From Octopus vulgaris (lineage: Eukaryota), in the NCBI GenBank assembly GCA_951406725.2, contig OX597831.1:30318001-30382000 (forward strand): a stretch of DNA of 64,000 bases, read 5' to 3'. Position numbers and translations under genes: made by a program. A model generated the notes under the pieces. It made no database searches and had not been told where the DNA came from. It saw only the letters and a list, made by a program, of their open reading frames with translations. Positions 27,121-41,262 of this stretch are shown in pieces. Position 1 is the first letter of the stretch; each line of letters starts with the position of its first letter.

Positions 27121-27272
27121 AGGCAGTAAGCTCGCAGAATCGTTAGCACGCCAGGCAAAATGCTTAGCGGCATTTTGTCCCTATTTACATCCTAAGTTCA
27201 AATTCCACCGAAGTCGACTTTAGCTTTGTCCCTTTGGGGTCAATAAAATACTAGGGTCAGCTCGCCGTCTTA
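27121..27272 (+). mobile_element. SINE family B, inverted relative to the adjacent cluster
   Basis: GGCAGTAAGCTCGCAGAATCGTTAGCACGCC..AGTTCAAATTCC. Confidence 0.78.
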
Positions 27273-27895
27273 GTTTGAGCGGAATATTAAAACGATTAAT
27301 CTCACCGATGTTGGAAAGCCGGTGAAAGTCTGGAGCACTGCTACTCTTTCACAACCAACTAATACATTTGTGTATTAACACTTTTACAAATATACGTTAC
27401 TTAATGTATTTCACTAATATAGATCTGCATAAACAAATGACATTCATTGTCAATACTGCTTAGCTCAGAGTGATACATTTTCTCACACCTACATGACATT
27501 ATGTAATCGTGTTGTTCCACTTATTCAAGTGTTACGTGCAAAACTTCCAATTTGTTGCTACTCTAAACTTTGTGACCTTCAGGACTAGACACCCAAGAAA
27601 CTGAATCAAGGTCATCCAACACAGTGCACAAATTATTAACCAATCAGCATATTTCATTTTGCTGCAGTAGCGATGATCTTATTTGCACATAACTCACATT
27701 TTCACGTAAACTCAAATTCAGAGATTCGTCAAAGGCGAAATTTACGTCATCTAGCATTCCAGTGCCTCATATACTTTCATCTTTTCTCATTACCTCTTTT
27801 GTCTTTTGCATGTTCCTTTCTTCAGACTGCGGTCACGCTGGTGCACCACTTTGAGAGGTTCAATCGACAAAAAACTGATACCAGTACTCATTTTA

Positions 27896-28061
27896 CATTA
27901 TTTACATTATTTGCATTATTTACAATTGACGGATATTTGTCTTCATCTTGTTTGTTGTTAACACAACGTTTCGGCTGATATACCCTCCAGCCTTCATCAG
28001 GTGTCTTGGGGAAATTTCGAACCTGGGTTCTCATTCCTAACGTATTTTTCGATGTTGTTGC

Positions 28062-28129
<68 letters not shown>

Positions 28130-28239
28130 TTGTTGTTCAGGTCACTGCTTGGAATCGAACTCGGAATCTTGGAGTTAGTAGCCCGCGCTCTTAACCCCTA
28201 CGTTATATGCCCACGGGCATATGGCCTAGTCATTAAGAA
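27896..28239 (-). mobile_element. tRNA-headed SINE-like element carrying a hammerhead ribozyme, with 14-bp TSD, inserted in a family-A SINE
   Basis: TSD CAGTACTCATTTTA at 27882-27895 and 28240-28253. On -: tRNA-like head (B box GAGTTCGATTCC, 28151-28162), (AAT)n, HHR, (TGTAAATAA)-type tail. Confidence 0.8.
27960..28005 (-). ncRNA. Minimal type I hammerhead ribozyme, canonical core
   Basis: gACAC-CTGATGA-a-GGCTG(gagggtatat)CAGCC-GAAA-CG-TT-GTGTt. Confidence 0.8.
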
Positions 28240-28638
28240 CAGTACTCATTTTATTTCTAAGCCTGATACTTCTTCTATTGGTCTTTTTGCTGAAGCGTTG
28301 CAGGGGTTCATACAAACCAACACCGGTTTTCAAGGTGTGGTGGGGGAAGCTAAACACACACACATACACTCAGACACACACACTCACGACACACACACAC
28401 TCACACACATACACACGCACGTACACGCATATCTATACACACCCCACATAAATGCATCTCTCTCTATCTCTGTCACAATCTGGGACCTTGAAGACTTCTA
28501 TAACGCATGAAAGTATTATTTATAGTATATATTCTATATTCTACATTAATATTATAAAGAATATAAATAAAACATAAAAAACAGAGTTGTGATTTCTTTG
28601 AATAATATATATTCCCCTATACACAATCATACAAACCC

Positions 28639-28727
<89 letters not shown>

Positions 28728-28787
28728 AATATTAATATATGTATTTGTATATATGCGTGTGTTCTCTCTCTCTCTCTCTCTCTCTAC

Positions 28788-28845
<58 letters not shown>

Positions 28846-29521
28846 TGTGTGTGTTTGTGTGCGTGTGCGACATGTTTCATTCAGTTTTTTTTTGTTCGGA
28901 ATCCTCTTAAGGCCTTGATCGGCTAGGGGCTAGAGTAGAAAGCACATGCCCAAGTCACCACGCAATGGGACCGAACCAACTCGAAACCGTAGAGATGGGA
29001 AACAAACTGTTTACCATGCAGCCACGCCAGTTTATATTTTCTTATTTCCGCCAGGAAGAAGACGAAATTTCTACGATTCACAAACTCATAATTATCTGTT
29101 GCTAATGAGCAATTCTTATAAAACTGAGATATTATTTTACTAAGTACACGGTTGAACAATTATTCATGTTGTTACATTCTGGACAACCTCTGTATGTTAT
29201 AACACTTGCTGAACAATTCACCAGTGATGAAAAATCACGCAGTGTCTAAAATTGTATTATGGTAAATAATGCACGTTATGATTCTACGTATAATTATATA
29301 TTGGTATGCGATGATTTTTCGCTGATTATCTTTAACTACTGTGTTCTTCGATGCAATTCTTTTAAATTGAAAATTTACTCAGAATTCGACCTAATCCAGT
29401 TATTCGTATTATCGTGTTTAAATAACTTTAGTATTGGAGATACTTTTCATACACTTCTTATCACCCCCCACTCCTGTTGTCCTTCTTTATCATTCACAAT
29501 ACTACGTTCACGCGAAATATC

Positions 29522-29935
<414 letters not shown>

Positions 29936-29997
29936 TATTTCGTTTTTGGATTTGGTTTGCAAAATTCTTTATGTGAGTTCGTGTGTTGAAGCATATT

Positions 29998-30326
29998 CTG
30001 TTGTGTCTGGGGAGAGTCATTCTCTTTTAGTGCCTTATAATTTAATACCCTCACCAGTAAATTCTCCACTTATTTCTTTTATATTTTTCTAAAATTTTCG
30101 TTGCGTCTTGTTTGTTTGTGCGCATGTGTATGGGTCAGTGTGTGTGCATACACATGCATATATGTATGCATTATGTATGTATGTATGCATGTATGTATGC
30201 ATGTGTGTATGCATGTATGTGCGTGTGCATATGTAGAAAAATAAAAAGAAACAAGTGGAAATTTTACCGGTGAGTGTGTTAAATTATAAGGAACTAAAAG
30301 AGTATGACTCTCCCCAGACACAACAG
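29998..30326. repeat. ~93-bp inverted repeat (29998-30091 / 30234-30326) around a microsatellite spacer
   Basis: CTGTTGTGTCTGGGGAGAGTCAT.CTCTTTTAGT.CCTTATAATTTAA and its reverse complement. Confidence 0.85.
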
Positions 30327-30340
30327 TGTATATATACATT

Positions 30341-30385
<45 letters not shown>

Positions 30386-30486
30386 ATATATATATGTATG
30401 TATTTATATATATATATATGTGTGTGTATATATATATGTATGTATTTATGTATGTATTTATGTATGTATATACGTATGTATATATC

Positions 30487-30525
<39 letters not shown>

Positions 30526-30530
<5 letters not shown>

Positions 30531-31143
30531 TCAATATAGGGTGGCAAAAAAAATTTTGTAGAATTCTTTTGCCACCAGCGGCCTAGTGGGAAAAAATTAA
30601 ATAGTCATAAACCATTTTTAAGTTCAACATCACAATCAAGGAACGGCCATAATAGGCCATTCACCCACTAGAAATAACAGCCAAAAGCTTTAACCGCAAA
30701 ATAACATCAATTCCGTAAACCAGGAGAAAATTAAAAAACATTTACCCTGTAATTTCTTAGACGATGCACCGTTTCATCTACCGTTTAATGGTAAACTAAC
30801 CTGATTAAATTAAATCAAGCCAATCTACCATAGGCCCTTAGATTCATCAGTAAGAAATAGCCAAGTCGGAACAGATATTTTTCACGAGGCATTCCCCTTG
30901 CTACCTCGGCAATATCTGACCTAAAATTTTCAAATCGTCGCACTCGCGCCAAATTTATCGGCAGCAAATAAATATAAGCCGCCGATTCCATTACGGAATT
31001 AACCAGAAAATTCATAATTAATCAATATAGGGTGGCAAAAAAAATTTTGTAGAATTCTTTTGCCACCAGTTATTTTGCGGTTAAAGCTTTTGGCTGTTAT
31101 TTCTAGTGGGTGAATGGCCTATTATGGCCGTTCCTTGATTGTG

Positions 31144-31145
<2 letters not shown>
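30526..31145 (-). mobile_element. HHR-bearing non-coding retroelement: 491-nt unit + 53-nt terminal redundancy + 76-nt inverted segment, within (TA)n
   Basis: 30526-30578 = 31017-31069; 31070-31145 = reverse complement of 30629-30704; HHR at 30752-30858. Confidence 0.8.
30752..30858 (-). ncRNA. Type I hammerhead ribozyme with long stem II
   Basis: ATTTCTTA-CTGATGA-ATCTA..19-bp hairpin..TAGAT-GAAA-CGGTGCATCG-TC-TAAGAAAT: 8-bp stem I, canonical core, GUC site. Confidence 0.88.
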
Positions 31146-31189
<44 letters not shown>

Positions 31190-31585
31190 ATCTATATCAT
31201 TTACTGTGACTGTAGTATTGCAAATAAAGAAGAATATACTACACATGCACATACACGCATACCTGCGCGTGCATTAACAAATATCTAAATCAATACTCGC
31301 ATTTTGTTTTCGCTTTACCTTCTGTGTTGTTATTCTCGTTGGAAAATTTGAACAAACACAATCCGTACGTTCACATACATATACGTTTGTATGTACGTAT
31401 ATACGCATGTATGTATGTACGTATGTATGTATGTATGTATGTATGTATTTTTGTATGTATGTATGTATGTATGTATGTATGTATGTATGTATGTATGCAT
31501 GCATGCATGTATGTATGTATGTATGTATGTATGTATGTATGTATGTATGCATGTATGTATGTATACATATATGCATATATGCAAC

Positions 31586-31671
31586 ATAAGGATAAGCAAG
31601 CTAGGCAATTCGATATACAAAACATATTAAATTAATATTTATATCGACTTGCCTAACTTGCTTATCCTTAT
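31586..31671. repeat. Imperfect palindrome with ~32-bp arms
   Basis: ATAAGGATAAGCAAGCTAGGCAATTCGATATA ... TATATCGACTTGCCTAACTTGCTTATCCTTAT. Confidence 0.85.
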
Positions 31672-31921
31672 ATTTACTCCTCTACCTGTTCAAGTTTAAA
31701 CCTCTTGAGCACTAAGAATTGAATTCTCTCTCATTTCCTGTCTGTCTGTCTCTCTCTCTGTCCACACACACCCCACACACACACACACACACACACATAC
31801 ATATCAATACAGATTTGCTGACGGAAACAAGAAACGTAGGAATCCAAACATGAGTATTTGTATATATATTTTTTATTAATATTTAGCAGAAACAAGAGAA
31901 TTCAAACGTGTGTGTGTATGT

Positions 31922-32404
<483 letters not shown>

Positions 32405-32408
32405 TATG

Positions 32409-32485
<77 letters not shown>

Positions 32486-32498
32486 GTATATATATAAG

Positions 32499-32529
<31 letters not shown>

Positions 32530-32731
32530 GTATATATATAAGTATATATATATATGTATATATATATATGTATATATATATGTATATATATGTATGTATA
32601 TATATATATGTGTATATATATGTATATATATATATATACACATATATACACATATATATATATACATACACATATATACATATATATATATACATATATA
32701 TACATATATATATGCATATATATATACATGC

Positions 32732-32794
<63 letters not shown>

Positions 32795-32810
32795 TATATA
32801 TAGATATATA
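32405..32810. repeat. Long interrupted (TA)n
   Basis: Direct reading. Confidence 0.95.
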
Positions 32811-32909
32811 TTGTTAATCCAAACAAGAAAGCACAAAAATCACAACAACGCGAGGACGTGGAACAAATATAGTATTATTGGACGCTCAGGAAAGAAGGAA
32901 AGAAGGAGG

Positions 32910-32944
32910 GTTTAACGTTTCGAACGGAGCTCTTCGTCGGAAAC
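32910..32944 (-). ncRNA. Minimal hammerhead motif (CCGACGA core) within PLE-terminus-like fragment 32811-32944
   Basis: GTTT-CCGACGA-a-GAGC(tcc)GTTC-GAAA-CG-TT-AAAC. Confidence 0.65.
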
Positions 32945-34121
32945 CATATATATATTATCTCTCTCTCTCTCTATATATATATATATTATATGTATGTATT
33001 ATGTGGGTGTGTGCGTGTTTTGTGTGTGCATGCGTACATTTATTTATCAGACTAAGATGTAGAGATAAGGGGAGAGGTAAGCTTATTGATAGAGAGATAT
33101 ACATACAACGAGATACAGTGATACAATAACAGATATGTTTGACTGACAGATAGATGAAGTGTTACTGCGAATCTCTATACTTTGATGACTTATAATTCCA
33201 CCCAATCTCCAGTTTTTAATTTAATCCTTTCTAAGCTAAACCTATGAAATAGTAATCTTTCATTTTCTAATCTCTAGTTTGTTTCTTTGCTCACATATAC
33301 GAGTTATTTAATTTCATTCCATTCTATTAAGTAACAAAAGTAAATGAAGCAGCAATTGTGCGTTTACGTGGTACTCAACCTTGTAGAAATAGCAGCCAAA
33401 TTTTCTACAAAGACTATTTTATCCTCTTAAGGAAATAAATCATTTTCTGGACAAAATGTTTGGGTGTGTAATATTTTGGATTACGTAGGGCGATATGCAT
33501 AATAATGTCTTCTTATTTTAAGCACAAAGCCAGCAATTTTGAAAGGAGGGGCCACGTTTGATAACATCGGACTCAGTACTTCACTGATACTTTATATCTT
33601 TGATTTTAGAAGGATGAAAGGCAAGTTGATCTCGATGGGACTTGAAGTTAGAATCTATAGTTCTGGAACGAATGACACAAAGCATTTTGTCTGACACTCT
33701 TACGATTCTGACAATCACTAGATTCCGAAGTGGAAAGTGGCAGAATGCTTCGGCGGTAGTCAGTGTGTCGAAAAATAAGAACTCGATCCATGATCGTGTA
33801 TCGTGAGAATTAGTACTAGCTTTTGTAAGAGTATCCTTTTAAGTTTATCTCTATAGATTTTCTGTAGAATTAAGAGCCAGAACTGCAAGTTACGACATTT
33901 CGTAAACTAATACGTCAATACAAACAATGTGATCGAAGATAGATAAATAGGTGATAGGCGTATATGCATATTTCAAGACCTGTTGCTCTTTCATCAGTAC
34001 CATATTCAACCCATCAACCATCCATGAACATATTGCTTAAATAGCCACTAGGTTTAGCATTGTAACACAACTGAATGGACCAATTTACATATTAAACACA
34101 TTCATGGTAACTGGTAGACAT

Positions 34122-34278
34122 ATATATTGATTGCTGGTAAGGACACATTATTATGCTTTGCAACCATAATATGCTGTCGAATATAAGACACAATATTAAT
34201 TTGTAAACCTACAATATACTTGGTAGTATATTGTGGTTGTAAAACGAAATGCTGTGTCCTTACTAGTAATTAATATGT
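34122..34278 (+). other. Long G.U-rich hairpin
   Basis: Arms 34122-34185 and 34215-34278 pair in two blocks; I count 10 G.U pairs and 2 mismatches on the + strand. Confidence 0.7.
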
Positions 34279-35416
34279 AAAAGTAAAGCTCTGTCTCCAG
34301 TACTTAGACTCACTGGGCGAGGTTAGTCGATACTCATTATGGATAGGTAACCGATATGACAATTCCCTAGTCCGTTTTAGCTCTACTCGTTTACAGCTGA
34401 ATGGGCTGGAGCAACGTGAAATGAAGCGTTTTTCCCAAGGACGCAACTCACCATCCGGTCCAAGTATTGAAATTGCGGTCTTGTGATCGTGTATGCAATA
34501 CTCTTACCACTAAGCCACGCACCTTCGTAGTACTAACTATCCTAATTAAAACAAAAATCGATGACCGTAAAGGATAGTATAATTATAGTTATGTATCGCT
34601 TAATAGAAGAGAGAATAGCAATGGCTTTTAATGATAAGTCTGTTGAATTAATGGTGATAAAAATAAAAGCAATATAATTGAATAATAATTACGTTAAGTG
34701 AAGAACGTATCGCGATATCGACTCAACATCAGCTGACCTTTTTGTGTTATAGTATATGCGCACAAACACACGCACGCGCGCACACACACACGCACGCGCG
34801 CACACACACACGCACGCGCGCACACACACACGCACGTGCACGCGCACACACACATGCATCATTATAAAGCGTTATCGAGTGAAATTTTAACTTACCCAGG
34901 AACTCCACCGGCCTCCATCTGGTTGGCCAAAGTGACGTCATTGCTCCAAACATCGTACTGCCATTTCTTCATTCCAAGTACTCCACACAATACCCGTCCG
35001 GTGTGTAATCCGACTCGCATATTTAACCGTACTTCTGTTGCTTCACAAACTTTGCTTCAAAAGAGAAAAAGAAAACAAAAATCAAAAATCAAAAATCAAA
35101 ATCAAAAACAGTTAAAAAGTACGAAACAGGAAGCTGTAAAAGGAATAATTAAAAGAATAATGTAGCATATATGCATATATACAAACATATACGCATATGT
35201 ATGTATTAATGTATGTATGTCCATACATACATACACTCACACACGGACACACACATATATGTATAATATCGGACTGGCCTTAATTGCCATTTGGTACATT
35301 CTCTAGAGAGGAAAGGATTTTCATAAATCAAGAATTTATGTTGTATGGTATCTGATATATTAGTATCTGTCTACATGCATAAACACGTACATACAAACAA
35401 ACATACATACATATAC

Positions 35417-35466
<50 letters not shown>

Positions 35467-35539
35467 GTGCAAGTCGAACGGAGAAGTTGAGTGCTCAACA
35501 CCACACTTTCTGGACAGAATTTCTATAATTGTGTATTAA

Positions 35540-35596
35540 GGCTACTATTGGTTTCATGTTAAGAAAAATATCCTAATTTTACAAAGTTTTCAAGCC
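35540..35596 (-). ncRNA. Hammerhead-like motif, U3-A8 variant core, inside a ~500-bp insert between (TA)n tracts
   Basis: GGC-TTGAAAA-(imperfect stem II)-GAAA-CCAATAG-TA-GCC. Confidence 0.45.
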
Positions 35597-35969
35597 GATC
35601 ACATGGAGGAATGGTGCTCCTCTCCACACATATATATTTATATATATAAATTTTTTGCCTGAGGAAATGAAGAACACGTGTAGCAATGTTTTCCCTTAAA
35701 ATCCATGGATATTTCAAATCATGTTTGTGATATCCTATGGATGGGAAATGTATCATCAAAAACGTAGCCATGTATTAAATAATTTTTGAATTTCTATCCA
35801 GAAGTTCTCGTTATTCCTATATTCAACCTACGCTATAGCGGCACTAGACAAATAACCATCCCATAATATTAGCTGAAATATGGGAATAATGAACGGAAGC
35901 CAGAATAAATAGCATAGGAGGTTTTTATACGCGCACTCAGAAAACGTTTGATATTAACGAACTGAAAAG

Positions 35970-36003
<34 letters not shown>

Positions 36004-36222
36004 CCTCTCAAACTCCATTATTGTCTTCGATTATACTATTATAGTATTATTTCTCTTTCTCCTTTTATGCATTCTCTATATAAGTATGTACATGCATATA
36101 TACGTATATGTATGTATGGGTGTATATGTATATATGTAAATTTAAATATATATTTTTATGTATATATATATTTATACATGCATAAATTAACCCTGTGAAC
36201 TTCTTGGACTGTCTTATAAAAC

Positions 36223-36315
36223 TCTCTGAAGAAGCATAGAGGCTTCTACAGAATACACCGAAAAGATGGAAATAACATATGGGGTACTGTGACCTCGACA
36301 GAAACAGCTGTAAGA
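36223..36315 (+). ncRNA. Hammerhead motif with long decayed stem II, inside insert ~36001-36458 between (TA)n
   Basis: TCT-CTGAAGA-..GAGG..ACAG..TACACC / GGGTA CTGT..CCTC..-GAAA-CAGCTG-TA-AGA; palindromic stem III. Confidence 0.6.
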
Positions 36316-37309
36316 AACTGCTTTTCGTTCTCTATTCTAGAAACTACTAGTGTTTTACAGATGTATTTATATATTATCTGAACTGTTTAAAATAAGTAGA
36401 CATAATATAATGTCTAACAGCTGATGAATACTACCTCTGGATTCCCCCCATTTTCTTATATATATATATGTACACACATATATATATATATATATACACA
36501 TATACATATGTGATGTTTAAATACCATGGATTGTACAGTTGTATGATGCAATCACCAGAATACACGTAAATATTCTACCACCAGCAAGCAGTAGACCTTT
36601 CAAAAACCACATCAAATTTGCGCATATACCAAAAATAATCATATTTTCTATAGTATCAGATTGACCCGCTTGTGAAGCACGTAGGTCACACCAATCATCA
36701 AACCTATTCGTGGCTAGATACTTTTATGGATGAATCATTGAAACTAAATAAGATAAGAGTGTTATATTTTGTTACATTTACTGCAGTGTTTTGACTCACA
36801 AGCGCTTTCGATTCTATTTCACTCTTCTACTAATGGTTATCAATTTATTATCGCAAAAGAAAAATTTTACAAACCAAAGCATCTCTACATTTTATGTGTA
36901 CCATTTCCCCTCATATCGCGTTACACATTCAGAAGAAATATTTGATCAAATAATATATATATAGTGAAAGTGCAGTGAAACACAACGTTGCTCTTTTACA
37001 TACGTCGTATGTTGGTTAATATCTTACTTTTCCACTCATATCTATTATAGCTGTTACTGTTCTTTAGAAGCTTTTAATATATAGTTATAACCGAGTGGTT
37101 TACGATGTACGGTTTTGAATCTCACAGTCAAGTTTGATTCTATTTTACTATACTTCAGCTAAATGGTATCAATTTGATATCAGAGAAGATAGAATTTTAG
37201 CACAACAGCATTCTTTATGTGAACTATTTTCGGTCATATTGTGTTACATATCCAGAGGAAATATTTGATCTAGCAATATACATAGTGACATTAGTAGAAA
37301 ACAATTAAA

Positions 37310-37520
37310 TGGTTTCAAATTTTGACAGAATGCCAACAGTTTCGGAGGAGTGGGCAAGTCGGCTACATCAAGCTCAGTACTAAACTAGTGCTTATATTAT
37401 GGACCCCGAAAGGATGAAAGGCAAAATGGATCACGGTGGAATTTTAACTCAGAACGTAAAGACGGACTAAATGCCGCTAAGCATTTCATCCGGCATGCTA
37501 ACGATTCCATCAGCTCGTTG
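37310..37520 (-). mobile_element. SINE family B, diverged
   Basis: CCCCGAAAGGATGAAAGGCAAA..AACTCAGAACGTAAAGACG..CCGCTAAGCATTT..GCTAACGATTC. Confidence 0.78.
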
Positions 37521-37539
37521 GTTTTTACATATACATTTT

Positions 37540-37805
37540 ATCTTTTATCTTTAACTTCTTTCAGTCATTTGACTGTGGTCATGCTGGAGCACCACTTTGA
37601 AGGACTTTTGGTTGAATGAATCCACCCCCAGAACCTTTTTTAAAGCCTAATACTTATTCTATCGATTTCTTTCGCCGAGCAGATATGTTACGAGATCATA
37701 AACACACGAGCACCGGTTGTCAAGCGGTGGTGGCAGACAAGTACAGACACAAAGACACACACACGCACGCACACACACACACGCACACACACACACACAC
37801 ACACG

Positions 37806-37842
<37 letters not shown>

Positions 37843-37847
37843 GCACA

Positions 37848-37882
<35 letters not shown>

Positions 37883-38045
37883 GCACGATCGGCTTCTTCC
37901 AGTTTCCGCCTACCAAATCCATCCACAAAGCTTTGGTCGGCACAAAGCTATGGTAGAAGGCATTTTCTCAAAGAGCCACGAAATGGAACGGAGCCAGAGT
38001 CTTGGTTTGGGAAGGAACCTTCTCACTAAACAACCCCACTCCTAT
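37540..38045 (-). mobile_element. SINE family A, diverged full length
   Basis: TTTCAGTCATTTGACTGTGGTCATGCTGGAGCACC ... (CA)n ... AGTTTCCGCCTACCAAATCCA. Confidence 0.8.
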
Positions 38046-39011
38046 TCATTATATCGGCTGTTAATGGCCGGGAGAAACTGTTAATATATAAGTGTAACCG
38101 TGTAGGTGTCAGAGTGGATGACCTAATGCCTAGGATGTTGTTCTCACAGTTGCAGGATCGTGGTTTCGATTCCCGGAGCGGGTGGTGCATTGTGTTCTTG
38201 AGCAAAACACTTCATCTCATGCTACTCTGCGATCACTTCGAGATCGAACCTGTGACATACCACGCACCTATACACACAATATCATTTTGAGGGTGGAGGG
38301 TGATATTACGTACTGCACAAGCATTGTAGACAAATCATCAGTCCCGGTTGCTCAGCAAAATATTGTGAAAATCTTATCAGGCGTTTACGACAGAAAAGTC
38401 CACGATAACCATATATGGTTATGATGTTAATTTCGGAATTACGATTTTCCGAGTTTAATCTCATATCGTGACAATTTAGGAATCGACTCAAGATTTGTGA
38501 CTAAAATTGATTAGATGGATTCCATTCGAAATCCATAGGGTGAAAATATTTGTTATTCAGTGTTAGAATTAATCTCTGGCCTAAAACCACCACATGACAC
38601 CTGCAAGCATTCGAATCAAATCATATTTATTATATTAGTGTGTTGCCTCTTATAGTGAGAACATAGAAGCCGCTGCTTATTACACCATTTTGCTTATAAA
38701 CTCAGAGACTCACTAAAATATAAGAGACGCAACCTATTTTCCTTTGATTAAGCTATAAAGTCATATATCTGTGATAGTATTTGTATAACGTTCTTATTTT
38801 CATGGCATCATGTTCATGGATACTTACCTCTCTCTCCATTTTAATCACGTTCATTACATTGTTCTCCAATTTTATAGTATTTTCGTATTTTAAATTTTAT
38901 ATTGATCGCATGTTTAAATTACAAAAGATTTCTGGGAGTTATAAATGACATTAACAAAAAAAATATGAAAGAACTGTTAAACAAATCATCTCCATGACTT
39001 GAATGAATAAC

Positions 39012-40223
39012 TGATAACTGACTTCAACTCAAAGCAATAGAATTGGTTCAGTAACAAAGTGGTAGATGAAGAACGTGCACTTTTGATATTCTATAGTACA
39101 CAATAGAGCATGAATCAATGCGCAAGTAAATGTAAATTGTAAATGTATATATTAAACGGCTATCATGACACCGTTGCACATTTCGGATGCAATTCTCTAA
39201 GTATGTACAGATAACATTGTAGCTACCGGCATTTCTACAAGCTTCATAAGTTAAGCATGTCATATTATTAAAGATATTAATCTAGAGTTACATCCATTGC
39301 AAACTAAGAATCATATTCAACCTGGCGGTATCTCTGTTATTCTAGTGAATTACGTATTTACTGTTTCTATATATTTCCTACTGGCTGAGATGATGTCGTG
39401 TCGAAGGTAAGGCACGTACAGTGGCATTGACAAGTGGCAAACATGGCGAAATTCGCACCTGTCATTCTTACAGTCGCATCCGGATAGGTTTTGTTTCGAC
39501 ACAAGGATAATGTTGATTTATTAAAATTCTCTTGACTTCGAAGAACATCTGAATCTTTAAATTATCTGCTTTTTCATTTGGTGCATGATACAATTATCTG
39601 AAGTCACTTGTTCTTTCACACAATCGGTGGAACTCTTTCTGTGAATTTTCCTCGCTAAACTGCATTTTGTCATCCGTTAATCCGTTTGATGCGTCCAAGC
39701 AACCGAAACATAGGTCGAATAATACTTTGCCACACTAGCCATTTAGTTATATATATATATATCCATATATATATACATATATATATATATATACATATAT
39801 ATACATATATATGTGTGTGTGTGTGTATATACACATACATACACAAACATATACATATATATGTGTGTGTGTGTGTATATACACATACATACACAAACAT
39901 ATATATCTATATATATGATATAAATATACACATACAAATATGTGCATATATATGTGTGTGTGGCATGTGTGCGAGTGTGTGTGTATCTCTGCTTGTCCCC
40001 GCGCCTTCGTTTGACAAACGATGTTGGTGTGTTTACGTCCTCGCAATGTAGCCGTTCGGTAGAAGCGACCGAGAGAATAAGTGCTAGATTTACAAGGAAT
40101 AAGTCCTGGAGTCGATTTGTTCGACTAAAGGCGGCGCTCCAGCATGGCTGCAGTCAAATGACTGAAATAAGTAAAAGAATAAAAGAGCATATATATATAT
40201 AATTATCCCTATCCACATGTACA

Positions 40224-40277
<54 letters not shown>

Positions 40278-40467
40278 CATGTCTATTCCTATATACATAT
40301 GTAGACATATACATATTTATATATGTTATCTACGTAATAATAAACATATGTGGATGTATATACATTCACGCATATATGTTATGCAAGCTATACAATATGT
40401 ATACTTTATGCAATATAGATGACTCATGAATGCATACATATCCACTCATACACAGACGTACACACAC

Positions 40468-40553
<86 letters not shown>

Positions 40554-41197
40554 ACACAAACATGCAATTGCATACTGATATTTCTGCACACAGTTAATGT
40601 GAAGAGACACTCGTAAATATAATCAAACTTCAAGTTAAATTAAATATATAATTTATTCCGTTTAGGGATTGAATATGTGACATATTCCTTCCAATATATA
40701 GCTTGATTTCATTTTTGAAGTCTCTTTGAATTAACTAAATTTGCATACCATTATGTGATTTCTGTAAACCAGCTTTTATAGCCCGGTTTCATTGAAATGA
40801 TTAACTGTGGTACTATAAGTTTTGAAAAGAGAAAAAAATCTGTATAACCAAGAAAGTGAGTTTTCGTATACCCAATAATATGTAAAATATTTGTGTGTGT
40901 ATGTGTGTGTGTCTGTGTGTATATATGTGTACATAAATATATCTACCCACATATAGTTACGTATATGCGCATGTATCTATCTGTCTATCTACGTACTTCA
41001 CTCTCTCTCTCTCTCTCTCTTTCTCTCTGTATATAGGCATATATATACAGATATGTAATGTAATAATATATGTAATAAATATATATTTACGAATATATTT
41101 ATAGATACAGATGTACATATATATGCGTATATATATGTGTGAATATATATATATATGTGTGAATATATATATGTGTGTATATATATACGTATATATA

Positions 41198-41262
<65 letters not shown>

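Noticed and set aside
28140-28212. tRNA gene (also the SINE heads at 824, 54700, 59251, 62060)
   Set aside because: A/B boxes are present but there is no acceptor stem or full cloverleaf, and each is embedded in a repeat body.
39345-39412. Possible micro-exon ending AAG|GTAAGG (duplicated at ~42013-42080)
   Set aside because: Such signals arise by chance and nothing else supports it.
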